Of a DNA stretch of 64,000 nt, positions 1 to 9,786 are shown in pieces. Origin of the DNA: a virus (Duplodnaviria > Caudoviricetes); the IMG/VR virus record IMGVR_UViG_3300037722_000708, positions 6,001-70,000 of that record; one strand, 5' to 3'. The notes under the pieces were generated by a model, which searched no databases, was not told the DNA's origin, and saw only the letters and a program-made list of their open reading frames with translations. The number at the start of each line of letters is the position of its first letter. The stretch's first letter is position 1. The translations under genes were made by a program, and so were the position numbers.

Positions 1-71
1 CCATCCTGCAGAACTGCCTATACCAGCAGCACTTCCTAAGGCAGCTCCTCCAACAGCAATTAGCATAGCCA

Positions 72-542
72 TTAGTCGATTACTCCATGAAATCTAAAAC
101 AGTAGGATATTTTTTTTCTCCATTCTTCAGTAAAAGGCTCCTCTATAACTTGTTTTCTTTTTGCATAAGCGTGTAGTAAATGCTCTTGTCCATTCTTAAA
201 AGTAACTATACCTGAATGACATGAAAACATTTTGTCTTTAAACAAAACTACATCACCCATTTTTCTGTCAACTATTCGCCTCTTTTCCATGTTATCTGCG
301 AAATGCCTGATGAAGGCATCATTCATAGGGTTTCTATGATAGTTAACTGCATCGTAGTTACTGAGACCTAAATCCTTTGCTATTAGTACAACTAAACCTG
401 CACAGTCGATACCGACGTCTGGGTTGCGTCCCTGATGTCTCCAGGGTATTCCTAAGTATTTTCTGGCTTGTTCTTGTATTGTCTCACGATTAATACGAGC
501 CGGCACTTGCGTAGCTGATAAGTTCATCTTGTCCTGGAACAA
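72..542 (-). CDS. NlpC/P60 phage tail-associated peptidase
   Basis: YLGIPWRHQGR, GIDCAGLV, CHSGI and LLHAY motifs; follows the hub gene; likely start at 527. Confidence 0.88.
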   Translation of the reverse strand: MFQDKMNLSATQVPARINRETIQEQARKYLGIPWRHQGRNPDVGIDCAGLVVLIAKDLGLSNYDAVNYHRNPMNDAFIRHFADNMEKRRIVDRKMGDVVLFKDKMFSCHSGIVTFKNGQEHLLHAYAKRKQVIEEPFTEEWRKKISYCFRFHGVID

Positions 543-2109
543 ATGGTTCCCCCCTGTAGTTTAATACATTATTGAATTTGTTCGTGCAAGTCTCAAGTCT
601 TTTATCACATCCTGGATAGAGACGTACTTTTGTACCTGAATATATTTCAAAAGATATGGGCAAATACACTGTTAAAACTCTAGTGGTAGCATCCCAGTTT
701 TTGATCTCAGTTACTCTGCCTGTGTTTAGTCCACTCTCGATTACTAAAGCTCCGTAGTTAAACCAGCCATCGTCATTAGCCCTTGTGTCTGATACCTCTA
801 GTTTTATATTCTTTCTGTCATTTACCGAAGACACTACAGCGGATCGAGACCACGCTTCTTTGCATATAAGAACAGCGGTTCCATCAGTAGTAGATGCGTC
901 GACTGTTGTACTATAAGCCGGTTGAGAAACATCAGTAGTGCCAGCCGTTGTGACTTCGTACATTCTGTTTTCATAAAGGTCTTCGTATGTGTTGTCAGTG
1001 ACTGTGTCAGTTAAACTCAACTGCACATCATCGATACAACTGTTTACTATAAGTCCGGTTATGAGGGTGCCCATAAATCTTATTCTAATAGTACGGGTGC
1101 CTGTAGGTACTGCAACTGCTGAAACTAGACGAGAAGCCCAAGTGTCCTCCGGAAGTATTTCTTCGTCCCCTGTATCATACATTGTGCTTATTGGATTACC
1201 TGAACTATCCAAAAACTGTACAAGAACCCGCCCAGTGTCGTCTGGTGCGCTATTTGCTCTCATACAGGAAAAGTCTGCTGTTACGTTTTCAGCATCTACT
1301 TCAGTGAGGTTTATCCCAAAAGTATTTACTAAAGAAATATCTTGTCTCATTTCAAAACTAGAGCACCTGCCACCCACCACAAATAAGGATCCAGAAGAAG
1401 CTGTAAGGTCGTAACTATTACTGGTAATTGTCATTACTCCACTCAAAACTTCCCAACCAGTAACTGACACAGTATCCGCGGCTTCTGCGTCAGCATCAAA
1501 AACTCCGTTATTTACTAGCTGATCCCATAAAATGGACGTCGTGGATTTTGTGACAACCCGGAAAGTCTCGCCGGCAGCAACATCTTGTGACCTGCCCAGA
1601 ACTGTAGGCCTTATAAATACCGCGCATTTTGGGTCTCCTAGATCGGCCCTACATTCCGCTTGGTACAAACCGCAAATAGTTTGACTAAGTTGTTGAGTTA
1701 ATCCTCTTAGTTCAGCTTTGAATATCCCTTTCTGGGAAAGAGAAACTTCGCCTAGTCTTCCTCGTCGCTGTTTTAGCACACCTTGTGACAAATCTGACCA
1801 ATTTACTAAACTTATTTTTACCTCGCAATTGTCAAATAAACCTGCACGTAAGTCTATTTCTGTTATGTCGTCGCTATTGAAAACACCTTCCACTTCCAAG
1901 TTATCTACTGACAGCCCCACGTCATTATTAACCGCTGACCGGTTATAACCACTTCGGGCTCTGTACGTGTCGCCGCCGTAATCTATATCCCGATCAAGAT
2001 CTGTGAAGAAGAATTCTTCTCCATCCGTTCGCGTTAATTGCCAAATAGTTGCGAGTGTCGTCACTGCTTGTTCAAGGTGAGCTTTTAAAGGAGCACTTAT
2101 TGTCTTCAT
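490..2109 (-). CDS. GTA-like tail hub/baseplate protein (DUF2163 + BR0599-type C-terminus) with central insertion
   Basis: N-terminal FFFTDLDRDI..G.TY and CRADLGD..C; C-terminal GCDKRLETC..KFNN.LNYRGEPFVPG. Confidence 0.85.
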   Translation of the reverse strand: MKTISAPLKAHLEQAVTTLATIWQLTRTDGEEFFFTDLDRDIDYGGDTYRARSGYNRSAVNNDVGLSVDNLEVEGVFNSDDITEIDLRAGLFDNCEVKISLVNWSDLSQGVLKQRRGRLGEVSLSQKGIFKAELRGLTQQLSQTICGLYQAECRADLGDPKCAVFIRPTVLGRSQDVAAGETFRVVTKSTTSILWDQLVNNGVFDADAEAADTVSVTGWEVLSGVMTITSNSYDLTASSGSLFVVGGRCSSFEMRQDISLVNTFGINLTEVDAENVTADFSCMRANSAPDDTGRVLVQFLDSSGNPISTMYDTGDEEILPEDTWASRLVSAVAVPTGTRTIRIRFMGTLITGLIVNSCIDDVQLSLTDTVTDNTYEDLYENRMYEVTTAGTTDVSQPAYSTTVDASTTDGTAVLICKEAWSRSAVVSSVNDRKNIKLEVSDTRANDDGWFNYGALVIESGLNTGRVTEIKNWDATTRVLTVYLPISFEIYSGTKVRLYPGCDKRLETCTNKFNNVLNYRGEPFVPGQDELISYASAGSY

Positions 2110-2732
2110 GTTATGTCCCTCACCTCTAGAAGCGGAATAGACTCCCAGCTCTCAATATTGTAGAAATCATGAGAAGGCGCGAAATGGTCAGTGTCAAAAC
2201 GCACAGGAACATCAAATTGACAATCGACCTCGACAGTTTGGCCTGTGGTTGCAGCCAGAGTAGACCCAAGAGTGATTATGCCTGTGGTTGTGTCTACTTG
2301 GAAGTTGCTACCGCCTACACCTTCCTCTATCGAAACGCTGTTTACCCACACCTCAACTGTTCCCTCTACAGGTTTAGTTATATCTCGGTCATAATTTACA
2401 CTACCAGATGTATATCTTTTGAAAATCTGGAAGTCTGTTGTGCTAGTGTCTGTTGTGCCTATTGATTGTTGAGATATCTCGAAATCCCCCCAATCTTTAA
2501 ACCGGAAACCATAAGCTCGTCCCTGCCTTGCATAAAAGAAAGCTCGTATCGCGTCCATATCCTCGTGCGTTTTTATTCCATGCAGAGCATCGTAAGAAGC
2601 CCTTACTTTTGACCAATCAATATTCCTTTTCTCGCGCCCTGAGGACAACTCAAGAATAGTTGTCTTAAACATAGGACCGCCGGAAGACCCATAAGAGATT
2701 GCAGGTGGAAATTGTACTTCATGGAAAGACAT
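2106..2732 (-). CDS. DUF2460/TIGR02217 distal tail protein
   Basis: MSFHEVQFP..ISYGSSGGP.F.T, FFYARQGRAYGFRFKDWGD and FDVPVRFDTD motifs. Confidence 0.92.
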   Translation of the reverse strand: MSFHEVQFPPAISYGSSGGPMFKTTILELSSGREKRNIDWSKVRASYDALHGIKTHEDMDAIRAFFYARQGRAYGFRFKDWGDFEISQQSIGTTDTSTTDFQIFKRYTSGSVNYDRDITKPVEGTVEVWVNSVSIEEGVGGSNFQVDTTTGIITLGSTLAATTGQTVEVDCQFDVPVRFDTDHFAPSHDFYNIESWESIPLLEVRDIT

Positions 2733-2733
2733 C

Positions 2734-5244
2734 TTAGTTGTTCCTTGCTGCTGCGCGGCTCATTGTTCTCGATAGTTTAGCCGCTATTTGTCCTTCGGAC
2801 CTTTTAAACGAGTTTGCATCAGGGGTTGAGATATTAAAGTTTACATTGTTTACGTTTCCGCCTTGGTTATTCCCTATGTCTACAGGCACTTTTCTTCCGC
2901 CTGACAAAGGTATCACTGCCTCATTGGGATGCAGGATAGCAGGGAAGCCGCCAGAAGTCAATCCGCCAGAATCAAAGCTCGGTGCATTACGCATTGAAGA
3001 GGCGCTAATTATGCTAGTTGAAACAGGCTGAGTTGAGATACCGCCGTCCTTAAATAAGCCGCCAATCAAACTCCCAATTCCCCCGCCGCTACTACTTCCG
3101 CCAAATAATCCTCCAAGAATAGAGCTTCCACCACCGCTACTGAAATACTCAGACATAGGCTTAAGCACAGCTTGCTGCAATGCTATGCGCGTTATAGCCT
3201 CAGACAGCCCGTCAAGACTTAACTCACCATTCTCAACAAAGTTGGTCAAAGAGTCTTCCAACGACGAGAATACTGCTGTAAACACACCCTCTGAGGCATC
3301 CGCTGCATCACCAAAGCTTTCTTGCAGCTTCATAGCCGCGCGCTCTATGCCAGCTTCCCAATTGCTAGCCTCTTCAAGGTCTTTCTTATAGGCTTCTTTC
3401 ATTTTGTTTTTGAATACAGCGTCTACTTTATTGCCGTACTCTTCCCATGACAGTCCAAGCTCTGCTAGGGTTGTTTTTTGCTTCTCATACCACTCTTGCA
3501 CTACCGCAACAGCTCCTCCTGTTTCATTTCTCATTGTGTCGTATTCAGAGTTCAGCGATTTTATGTATTTGTCTCTTGCTTTCTGAAGTTTCTTAAGCGC
3601 TTTCTCGTCTGCCTCGTCACCTGCAGCACTACCGCCGCCAAACTTATTGTTAAGTTGGTTGGGATCATTCTTGTTGAGTTCAGCAAGTTTCTTGATATTT
3701 GATAAGTTGCCCTCGAATTCTTTCTTAAACTTACCAATTTGGTCAGTTGAATAAGCTTCTTTGTGCGCCTCAGCTAGTTTGTTCGCAAGGTCAATCTCTT
3801 GCTCAGTAACTGGTAGGCGGTCAATCTGTATTGTAGTAAGATCAAGAATAGCGTCTTGAACTTTTATAGCTTTGTTCACATCCAAAAGGGCGATAATAGA
3901 CGCCGCTTTCGCAGCGTATGTTCCAAAGCCATTAACAAGATTTTCCAGAATGGATATGACTGCGTTAGCCGCTGTGGTAAACATAAGTTTCAATGCAGTT
4001 GGGAAATTCTCAAACACTATTTCCAAAGCGTCTGCAGTGAATTTTGCTGTGGATAAGATAAAATTGAACGTGCCGGATACAACATCAGTCAATGCAGGCA
4101 GGTCCTTGGACGCAGTACCCACCATGCCTTGAATGCCGCGAGCAATCATTTCAAACACAGTCACAACAAGATTTATAATAGGCTCAATCACCCCGTAGAA
4201 TGTCTGCCATGCAGCTTGCATAATCTGGAAACCAGAAGCGGTAGTCTCTCCCATCGTGTAAGTCTGTCTCCCAAAATAAGCAACAGCAGCACCCGCTGCA
4301 ACAAAAGCAACTATTAATGCCCCTAAGGGGTTGGTGATAAGAGCAACTGACATTTTGGCAAACGCCGACACAACTTGCTGCCCCACGACTATAGCAAGGC
4401 CAGCCGCCGCGCCTGCAACAATGTCTAAGTTAGCCGCCAAACCTTTTAAAGCATTCCCTATTAATTTGCTAGAGCCTGTCATGCGGGAAAAGTCTCTTGC
4501 AATGTTCACAACTGCGTTACTAAGAAGTTGGAAACCTTGACTACCTGTGACGTCTACTTTAGCAAACAAAGTAGCAAGATCTTTTTCAGCAGCTTTAAAA
4601 GCATTAACAACGATCTCAGGGGTGATCTTGCCTTGCGACGCTAGCTCTTTTAAGGCTGTTATACTCTTAAGACCCAAATAGTCTGCGATAACCTCAGCGA
4701 CTTTTTGTGCTTGTTCAATAATCGAGCGTAGTTCGTCGCCTTTAAAACCAGACCCAATAGCTTGCGCGAACTGCGTGGTGACAGCTCTAACCTCTGGCCC
4801 TTGTGTACCGGAAGCTATTAAGGCTTGGTTGAAGCCTTCGACCAGGTTTGTTTGTTCTTTGTAAGTTAAACCCAGGTTCTTTGTGGCAAGGCCGACCCGC
4901 TGGAATAGCTGAGCGTTAGCTTCAAGCGAGGAACGAGTCCTGTCCGATATCTGTCTAAGTTCATCATAAACAGCGTTCAGTTCTTTTGTCGTGTTTGTTG
5001 CAAGTCTAAGTTTGTTGTCGATGGTAACGGCAGCATCTTGCAGGCGCAAGAATTGCTGCGCAACAACTCCTATTCCTAATCCTGCGAATAGCGACCGCAT
5101 TCCGCCCAGAGAACGAGTTAATTTTTGAAATTGAGTCTCAGTCGTCTTAGCTCGATTACCTAGATTCTCGAGCGCCCTATCTGCTTTGTTAGCGCCTTGC
5201 ACGGCTGGCTGGCTGTCCACTCCGACGCGTAGGGTTGTTTCCAT
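2734..5244 (-). CDS. Tail tape measure protein
   Basis: 836 aa, Ala/Gly-rich and helical, tape-measure N-terminal motif (QFAQAIGSG.KGDELRSI.EQA), C-terminal AILHPNEAVIP; position after the chaperones. Confidence 0.92.
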   Translation of the reverse strand: METTLRVGVDSQPAVQGANKADRALENLGNRAKTTETQFQKLTRSLGGMRSLFAGLGIGVVAQQFLRLQDAAVTIDNKLRLATNTTKELNAVYDELRQISDRTRSSLEANAQLFQRVGLATKNLGLTYKEQTNLVEGFNQALIASGTQGPEVRAVTTQFAQAIGSGFKGDELRSIIEQAQKVAEVIADYLGLKSITALKELASQGKITPEIVVNAFKAAEKDLATLFAKVDVTGSQGFQLLSNAVVNIARDFSRMTGSSKLIGNALKGLAANLDIVAGAAAGLAIVVGQQVVSAFAKMSVALITNPLGALIVAFVAAGAAVAYFGRQTYTMGETTASGFQIMQAAWQTFYGVIEPIINLVVTVFEMIARGIQGMVGTASKDLPALTDVVSGTFNFILSTAKFTADALEIVFENFPTALKLMFTTAANAVISILENLVNGFGTYAAKAASIIALLDVNKAIKVQDAILDLTTIQIDRLPVTEQEIDLANKLAEAHKEAYSTDQIGKFKKEFEGNLSNIKKLAELNKNDPNQLNNKFGGGSAAGDEADEKALKKLQKARDKYIKSLNSEYDTMRNETGGAVAVVQEWYEKQKTTLAELGLSWEEYGNKVDAVFKNKMKEAYKKDLEEASNWEAGIERAAMKLQESFGDAADASEGVFTAVFSSLEDSLTNFVENGELSLDGLSEAITRIALQQAVLKPMSEYFSSGGGSSILGGLFGGSSSGGGIGSLIGGLFKDGGISTQPVSTSIISASSMRNAPSFDSGGLTSGGFPAILHPNEAVIPLSGGRKVPVDIGNNQGGNVNNVNFNISTPDANSFKRSEGQIAAKLSRTMSRAAARNN

Positions 5245-5575
5245 GAGTTACACCTTTTTCCTCTAAGTATGCTTTGTCACAAACTCTTGCATAATGCAAA
5301 ATACAGTGCCTTTGGTCAAGCGTATCATATCCATACAAATTACAAAAGGCTTCTATTTCAGATAAAGGTATAGGGTTGGGTTTGCCTTGAAAATCGGCTG
5401 TTCTAGAACCCTGCAACATAATGAAAGCATTGTGGTACTCAATTGCCTCATTTATAAGCTCGGGTTTAGTTGCAAGAGCGGCAGGTTTTTTTCCTTTTAT
5501 TTTTTCCTGTTCTTTTAGAAACTGCACACGATCCCCGTATTTTACGAACCATCGAATGCAGTCTGCTAGTTTTTT
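5189..5575 (-). CDS. Tail assembly chaperone, -1 frameshift extension (GT-like)
   Basis: The -1 frame is open from the A AAA AAC heptamer (5569-5575) into track ORF 5189..5527; contains PNPIPLSEIEAFC. Confidence 0.7.
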   Translation of the reverse strand, partial: KKLADCIRWFVKYGDRVQFLKEQEKIKGKKPAALATKPELINEAIEYHNAFIMLQGSRTADFQGKPNPIPLSEIEAFCNLYGYDTLDQRHCILHYARVCDKAYLEEKGVTHGNNPTRRSGQPASRARR

Positions 5576-5961
5576 TCAATTTCCTCAGAAGTATCTTGTG
5601 AAAAGTTTGAAATTTTTCTTGCTTCTTCGATAACGCGTTCTCGAACCCATTCAACACGAGACAAAACGTCCTCTGCTTTTTCTATTGAATAAGGCACCTC
5701 AGTATTGTTCTCAAATACGTTTTTCCAGTCCAGTACAACATAGCGAGCAAGACAGAACGTCATAATGTCTAGCATCTCCTCATCTGAAAGTTCTTTCCTC
5801 ATTTTGTCGTAAGGAGATCTTTTAGCTGAGAAGGCTTTCTGGAAATCCGGATTAGAGAGTGAGGCAATCTTAAAGCTTGCCTCCCCTCCAAAGTCGACCC
5901 AGACGCCTTCTACTTTTTTGGCTGGGTCCATTTGGAAATTACTAAGATCAAATTTAGGCAT
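5566..5961 (-). CDS. Tail assembly chaperone (G-like)
   Basis: 131 aa between tail tube and tape measure; EGVWVD and VVLDWKNV motifs; ends at the slippery site. Confidence 0.8.
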   Translation of the reverse strand: MPKFDLSNFQMDPAKKVEGVWVDFGGEASFKIASLSNPDFQKAFSAKRSPYDKMRKELSDEEMLDIMTFCLARYVVLDWKNVFENNTEVPYSIEKAEDVLSRVEWVRERVIEEARKISNFSQDTSEEIEKN

Positions 5962-5970
5962 GTACTACTC

Positions 5971-7197
5971 CTATGTGGATGCATCATTTGCAACTGGTCG
6001 ACGGGAAAGCTGAACTTGGTAAGTACCAGCTGAGTTTATAATAGCTTCTAGGCTGGCACTTGCAAAGATATCTGTGTCTAATCCACCTGCAACAATTTCC
6101 ATAGATGTATACTTGCATCGAGGCAGTGTAAGGATATACGCGTTGCCGTCTGAGTCTTGAACCATCAAAGTCAGTTGGAATGCGGTCGATGCTCTGAACC
6201 TGTCAAACAAAGACGAGTCCTCAAAATAAAGCTCAATATCGCCTGTAATTTGAAGCCTTCCGGCAACAACTCCGATAAAGCCAAGAGTACCAATTGCCTC
6301 TTGTCCTCGAAGAGCATTGTTTATAGACAGAGACAAGGAGTTAAACCTGAAAGTGTCACCGCCTGGGTCTCCGTCGAACGTGATAGCGGTCACATCATTA
6401 ACTGCGTTCATCACGTTGCTTGTAGAAGCTGGAACAATGCTCGCGCTGGCAAACTGTGCCTCCGTCATAACACCGTCTCGCGCTAACACGGAGAAGGTAG
6501 TTGTTAGAATAGAGCCTGTTGCAAAGTCAAGTGACCACTCACCGATTTTAGATCCTGTGAAATTCCAGTACTCAACAGTATTAAGATCAGTAAAGGATTT
6601 CTGGAAGGTAAATGACTTACTAGTTGTGCCGTTGCGGACATAATCAAGAGGTATTACCGAGATTGGGTATCCCTCAGCTTCGGTTGCTACGTCAGTCAGA
6701 GGTTTAATACCGAGAGTCGCGGTCGCGACAGAGGTTACCTCTGCATAAAAACGGCCTGCAACGGGGAAACCTACGATCTCCACAAACTGCCCTACTGCGA
6801 CACCTGCAAGGTCAGCCGTAAAGTCTGTAGCGGCTGAGGCCGTTAGTACCCAGGTATTTGGCGTACCTGCAGTTTTTGTCAAGGTTATATCGTCGGCCTC
6901 AACTACTTCTGTTGCTACGCTCTGCCATGTTGAGAACATAGCGGCTTCAATAATGTCGTCGTAGCTCTGATAAGACAGCTCTCCGTTAATATCGCCACCA
7001 GCGGAAAGACTGGTTTGGATTGTATCGGGCGTCATTCGATCAGCTCTGATCTCCTGAGACGAGGTAAAATCTGCAGAGTTATTTAAGCTCTCGGACGTAA
7101 AGCGTAGTGCTTGAAGTGCGGGAGTGTTTGGAGTAGTGTTCTCAGTAACTTCTGCGACATAGCGCATAGCTACTCTATTTGCGGTTGCGAATGTCAT
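5971..7197 (-). CDS. Major tail tube protein
   Basis: LRFTSESL, SQEIRADR, GGDINGELSY and ITGDIELYFED motifs; context. Confidence 0.85.
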   Translation of the reverse strand: MTFATANRVAMRYVAEVTENTTPNTPALQALRFTSESLNNSADFTSSQEIRADRMTPDTIQTSLSAGGDINGELSYQSYDDIIEAAMFSTWQSVATEVVEADDITLTKTAGTPNTWVLTASAATDFTADLAGVAVGQFVEIVGFPVAGRFYAEVTSVATATLGIKPLTDVATEAEGYPISVIPLDYVRNGTTSKSFTFQKSFTDLNTVEYWNFTGSKIGEWSLDFATGSILTTTFSVLARDGVMTEAQFASASIVPASTSNVMNAVNDVTAITFDGDPGGDTFRFNSLSLSINNALRGQEAIGTLGFIGVVAGRLQITGDIELYFEDSSLFDRFRASTAFQLTLMVQDSDGNAYILTLPRCKYTSMEIVAGGLDTDIFASASLEAIINSAGTYQVQLSRRPVANDAST

Positions 7198-7211
7198 GGT
7201 CTTAGTCCTCC

Positions 7212-7619
7212 TCAGAACAATGTATCACGAATATAAGGACAAATTACGTTTACGTGGAACCAAGGCTTGTCCTCACCAATGGTTTTTATAGACGGCGGCA
7301 CTTGGAACCTAATCCCTGTTGCGCTGTGAGACCAGTTCCTGAAAATATTAGCAACTGTATCGGCAAGTTGCAAGGCTTCTTTATCTCCTTTAGCAATAGG
7401 AGCAAAAATACTGACGATAACAGTACCTGGATGACGATAAAAATTTGTCTCATCGCCAAAAGAAGCTTGTCTCGCGTCTGCATTTATTACGGTTAGCCTT
7501 ACCCACGAGGTACCGTCAGTGGGTTTGAACTTCTGGTTTCGATACTGCACAGATGTAGTTGTCGACCATTGCGCGTCGAATCTTCCTCGTATTGCGTTAT
7601 GCTCTGCTTCGTACGACAT
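7212..7619 (-). CDS. Tail terminator protein
   Basis: WVRLTV..ADARQAS.G and G.VIVSIFAP..KG motifs; neck-tail position. Confidence 0.75.
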   Translation of the reverse strand: MSYEAEHNAIRGRFDAQWSTTTSVQYRNQKFKPTDGTSWVRLTVINADARQASFGDETNFYRHPGTVIVSIFAPIAKGDKEALQLADTVANIFRNWSHSATGIRFQVPPSIKTIGEDKPWFHVNVICPYIRDTLF

Positions 7620-8020
7620 TATAGCGCTCCATAAAAGTCTGCAGTTGCTGCGACATTAACTGTCACCATTCCTTGCGGTGCTTGTCTGGAACTTCCTTGT
7701 TCTAGTTCCCCTATATAATCCAAGTTATTCGCCATCCAAATAATATCGCCTAGTACAGCGCTTGCAACCACTCCATCCAAGACCGCAACAGTTGAGGCGC
7801 CGGTGTGGCTGTACAATTCCTCATTAACGGCGGAGGAGGGGGAACCTATACTCGGTATCCAGTTTCCTCTTGCCCGGCCAGTATCAACTGGGGTTGAATA
7901 AACAATCCTTGAATCCAAGTCAAGAGCTATCTTCCTAAAAATAGTCTGCGCTTGTTCGCGGCTCAATTTCCCGAACTTCTTTAAGTCTATGCTAAATTCA
8001 TTTGCACTTTTTCCAGCCAT
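7619..8020 (-). CDS. HK97 gp10-like tail completion protein
   Basis: TPVDTGRARGNW, NNLDYIGELEQGSSRQAPQGMV. Confidence 0.85.
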   Translation of the reverse strand: MAGKSANEFSIDLKKFGKLSREQAQTIFRKIALDLDSRIVYSTPVDTGRARGNWIPSIGSPSSAVNEELYSHTGASTVAVLDGVVASAVLGDIIWMANNLDYIGELEQGSSRQAPQGMVTVNVAATADFYGAL

Positions 8021-8391
8021 TAATTGTTCACCAGCATCTTATGCACCACAGCTACGCCAGCAGGTGCTATGGGTTTTGTTCCAACTATATCGTATGCAAT
8101 AGAGCCTACCATAACTTTATCATTTGAAGAAGGCTCGATACTCGCAGCAGCCAGTTCGTTTGCGCTCATAACTATGAGATTCTTGCTCATCTCTACAAGT
8201 TCTTGTGAGAAGTCATTGTACTCTCTCGGCAAGGGTAGCACAACTACCACAACTTGAGTATCTGTGTTGGTTAAAGTAGCGCCCCCTGTGTCTGGATCGT
8301 AAACAGACACGACCGACCTCAGATATGCAGTTTGCCCATATTTTGTGAGTAACGCTAATGCTTTGTCGCGTAAATTTGTATAAAAAGTCAT
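8020..8391 (-). CDS. Head closure/stopper protein
   Basis: L..YGQ...LR, YDP.TG and V.PIAPAGVAV motifs; position. Confidence 0.65.
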   Translation of the reverse strand: MTFYTNLRDKALALLTKYGQTAYLRSVVSVYDPDTGGATLTNTDTQVVVVVLPLPREYNDFSQELVEMSKNLIVMSANELAAASIEPSSNDKVMVGSIAYDIVGTKPIAPAGVAVVHKMLVNN

Positions 8392-8867
8392 GCTCTCAAC
8401 AATGAGTTAGCTGTTACCATAGGACCCAGTAGAGCATAAATATGCGTCATAACAGATCCACCCCTTAGACGAGCGGCGGCGTCGTACTCAACCTCTATAA
8501 CGTCTACCTTCTCTTTAGTTACCGCGACATCATCCACCAGTATCCCCTCTAAGTCATAGGTACCGTCTCGGAAAATGTCTGCCATAATATACATAGCTTC
8601 CTTAACTTTTAGGGGAGCTCCGTCCTCACCAACTTGATAGCCATCGTCGTCGTATGCAAGATCACGCGGCCAAGAAAGCCTCTGATCTTCTGTGGATTTT
8701 TTCCCTCTAAAACGAAACTCTCTGTCGATCCAATCAGTGGCTTTTATCATATACACTTCTTTATCTGCAGTGTCCAGTGCCGCCCAGTCCGTGTTAGCGC
8801 GTTCTAACCAGTAAGCGTCTGTGTTAGCCAGTGTGTCGTAAACATTTGTCCCAACGGTAACGGCCAT
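8388..8867 (-). CDS. Head-tail adaptor (DnaT-like ssDNA-binding family)
   Basis: KATDWID..F.FRGKK....QRLSWPRD and EKVDVIEVEY motifs. Confidence 0.75.
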   Translation of the reverse strand: MAVTVGTNVYDTLANTDAYWLERANTDWAALDTADKEVYMIKATDWIDREFRFRGKKSTEDQRLSWPRDLAYDDDGYQVGEDGAPLKVKEAMYIMADIFRDGTYDLEGILVDDVAVTKEKVDVIEVEYDAAARLRGGSVMTHIYALLGPMVTANSLLRA

Positions 8868-9340
8868 TAGTGGACTCCTTGTGCTGTAGTTAGTTGAGCA
8901 ACAGCAGACTTAATAGAAGCAAGAGCGTCTCGTGTTTGCTGGATTGTTTCTTTATTTTCTCTTGAAGATAGTTCAGTTGCTTGGATCCTCAATGCATAAG
9001 GTTGTATCTCTGAAAGGAAGACTTCTTTAGACTTACTTTCAGTTTTTTCGTACTTGTCCGTGAGCGCTGTTATACTATCTTTGACTGAGACCAAGGTGGC
9101 AGTAGTAGCAGCAGACTGTATTTGTACCGCTTGTAAAGTAGAAGCCACATATAAAATACCCGCTACACATAAAGCAATACCGACCTTCATAGCCGTATCG
9201 ATAAAAGAAACTTCTGAGGTTTTTAAGTAAGCAGTGGATTGCTGCCGAGGAATACACTCGGTGAGCTTTCTTATGTGCTCGCTCGTTTCTTGTTGTGCGT
9301 TGATAAGCTCGCGAATGTGATCTGTCATAACAATCCCCAA
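8867..9340 (-). CDS. Hypothetical membrane-anchored coiled-coil protein
   Basis: One hydrophobic segment (VGIALCVAGILYVA) followed by a helical region. Confidence 0.6.
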   Translation of the reverse strand: MGIVMTDHIRELINAQQETSEHIRKLTECIPRQQSTAYLKTSEVSFIDTAMKVGIALCVAGILYVASTLQAVQIQSAATTATLVSVKDSITALTDKYEKTESKSKEVFLSEIQPYALRIQATELSSRENKETIQQTRDALASIKSAVAQLTTAQGVH

Positions 9341-9343
9341 TAA

Positions 9344-9372
9344 AAGGGGCAGCCTAGTGTTAGACGCCCCTT
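9344..9372 (-). terminator. Putative intrinsic terminator
   Basis: AAGGGGC/GCCCCTT inverted repeat with a T-run on the minus strand. Confidence 0.5.
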
Positions 9373-9397
9373 GTTTGTGTGTGCACGCGCCAGAAAA

Positions 9398-9727
9398 TTA
9401 CTTCTTAGCTGCTTTCTTAGCTTCTGCTGCTTCTTTTTCAGCGAGGGCTTTTTCTTCTGCTGCAAGGTCTTCCGCTTGCTTTAGTTTCTTAGCTTCCTCT
9501 GCTGCTTGATCGGCGGCTAGCTTCTTTGTGCGTTTGTCGATAAGCTCTTGCTCTTTCAATTCTTCTTCAGCTGTTTTTTGCTCTCGTAGAGCAATTTCTG
9601 CTGCTGCTTTTGCTTTGTCGAAAGGCTTTAAAAGAGGGTTAGCTTTTAATTGTCTTTTGTCTGCATAACCGAAAAACTTACCATTTTTACTAACAGGAAC
9701 TACATCACTGATATCTGCGTTGGCCAT
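9398..9727 (-). CDS. Hypothetical Lys/Ala/Glu-rich protein downstream of the capsid gene
   Basis: 109 aa ORF with RBS (AGGAG); low-complexity helical tail. Confidence 0.7.
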   Translation of the reverse strand: MANADISDVVPVSKNGKFFGYADKRQLKANPLLKPFDKAKAAAEIALREQKTAEEELKEQELIDKRTKKLAADQAAEEAKKLKQAEDLAAEEKALAEKEAAEAKKAAKK

Positions 9728-9754
9728 TTTATGCTCCTAGAAAAGGTTGAAGAT

Positions 9755-9778
9755 GGAGAGCCACCTAAGCGGCTCTCC
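9755..9778 (-). terminator. Hairpin after major capsid gene
   Basis: GGAGAGCC/GGCTCTCC 8-bp inverted repeat. Confidence 0.5.
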
Positions 9779-9786
9779 TAATTAGA

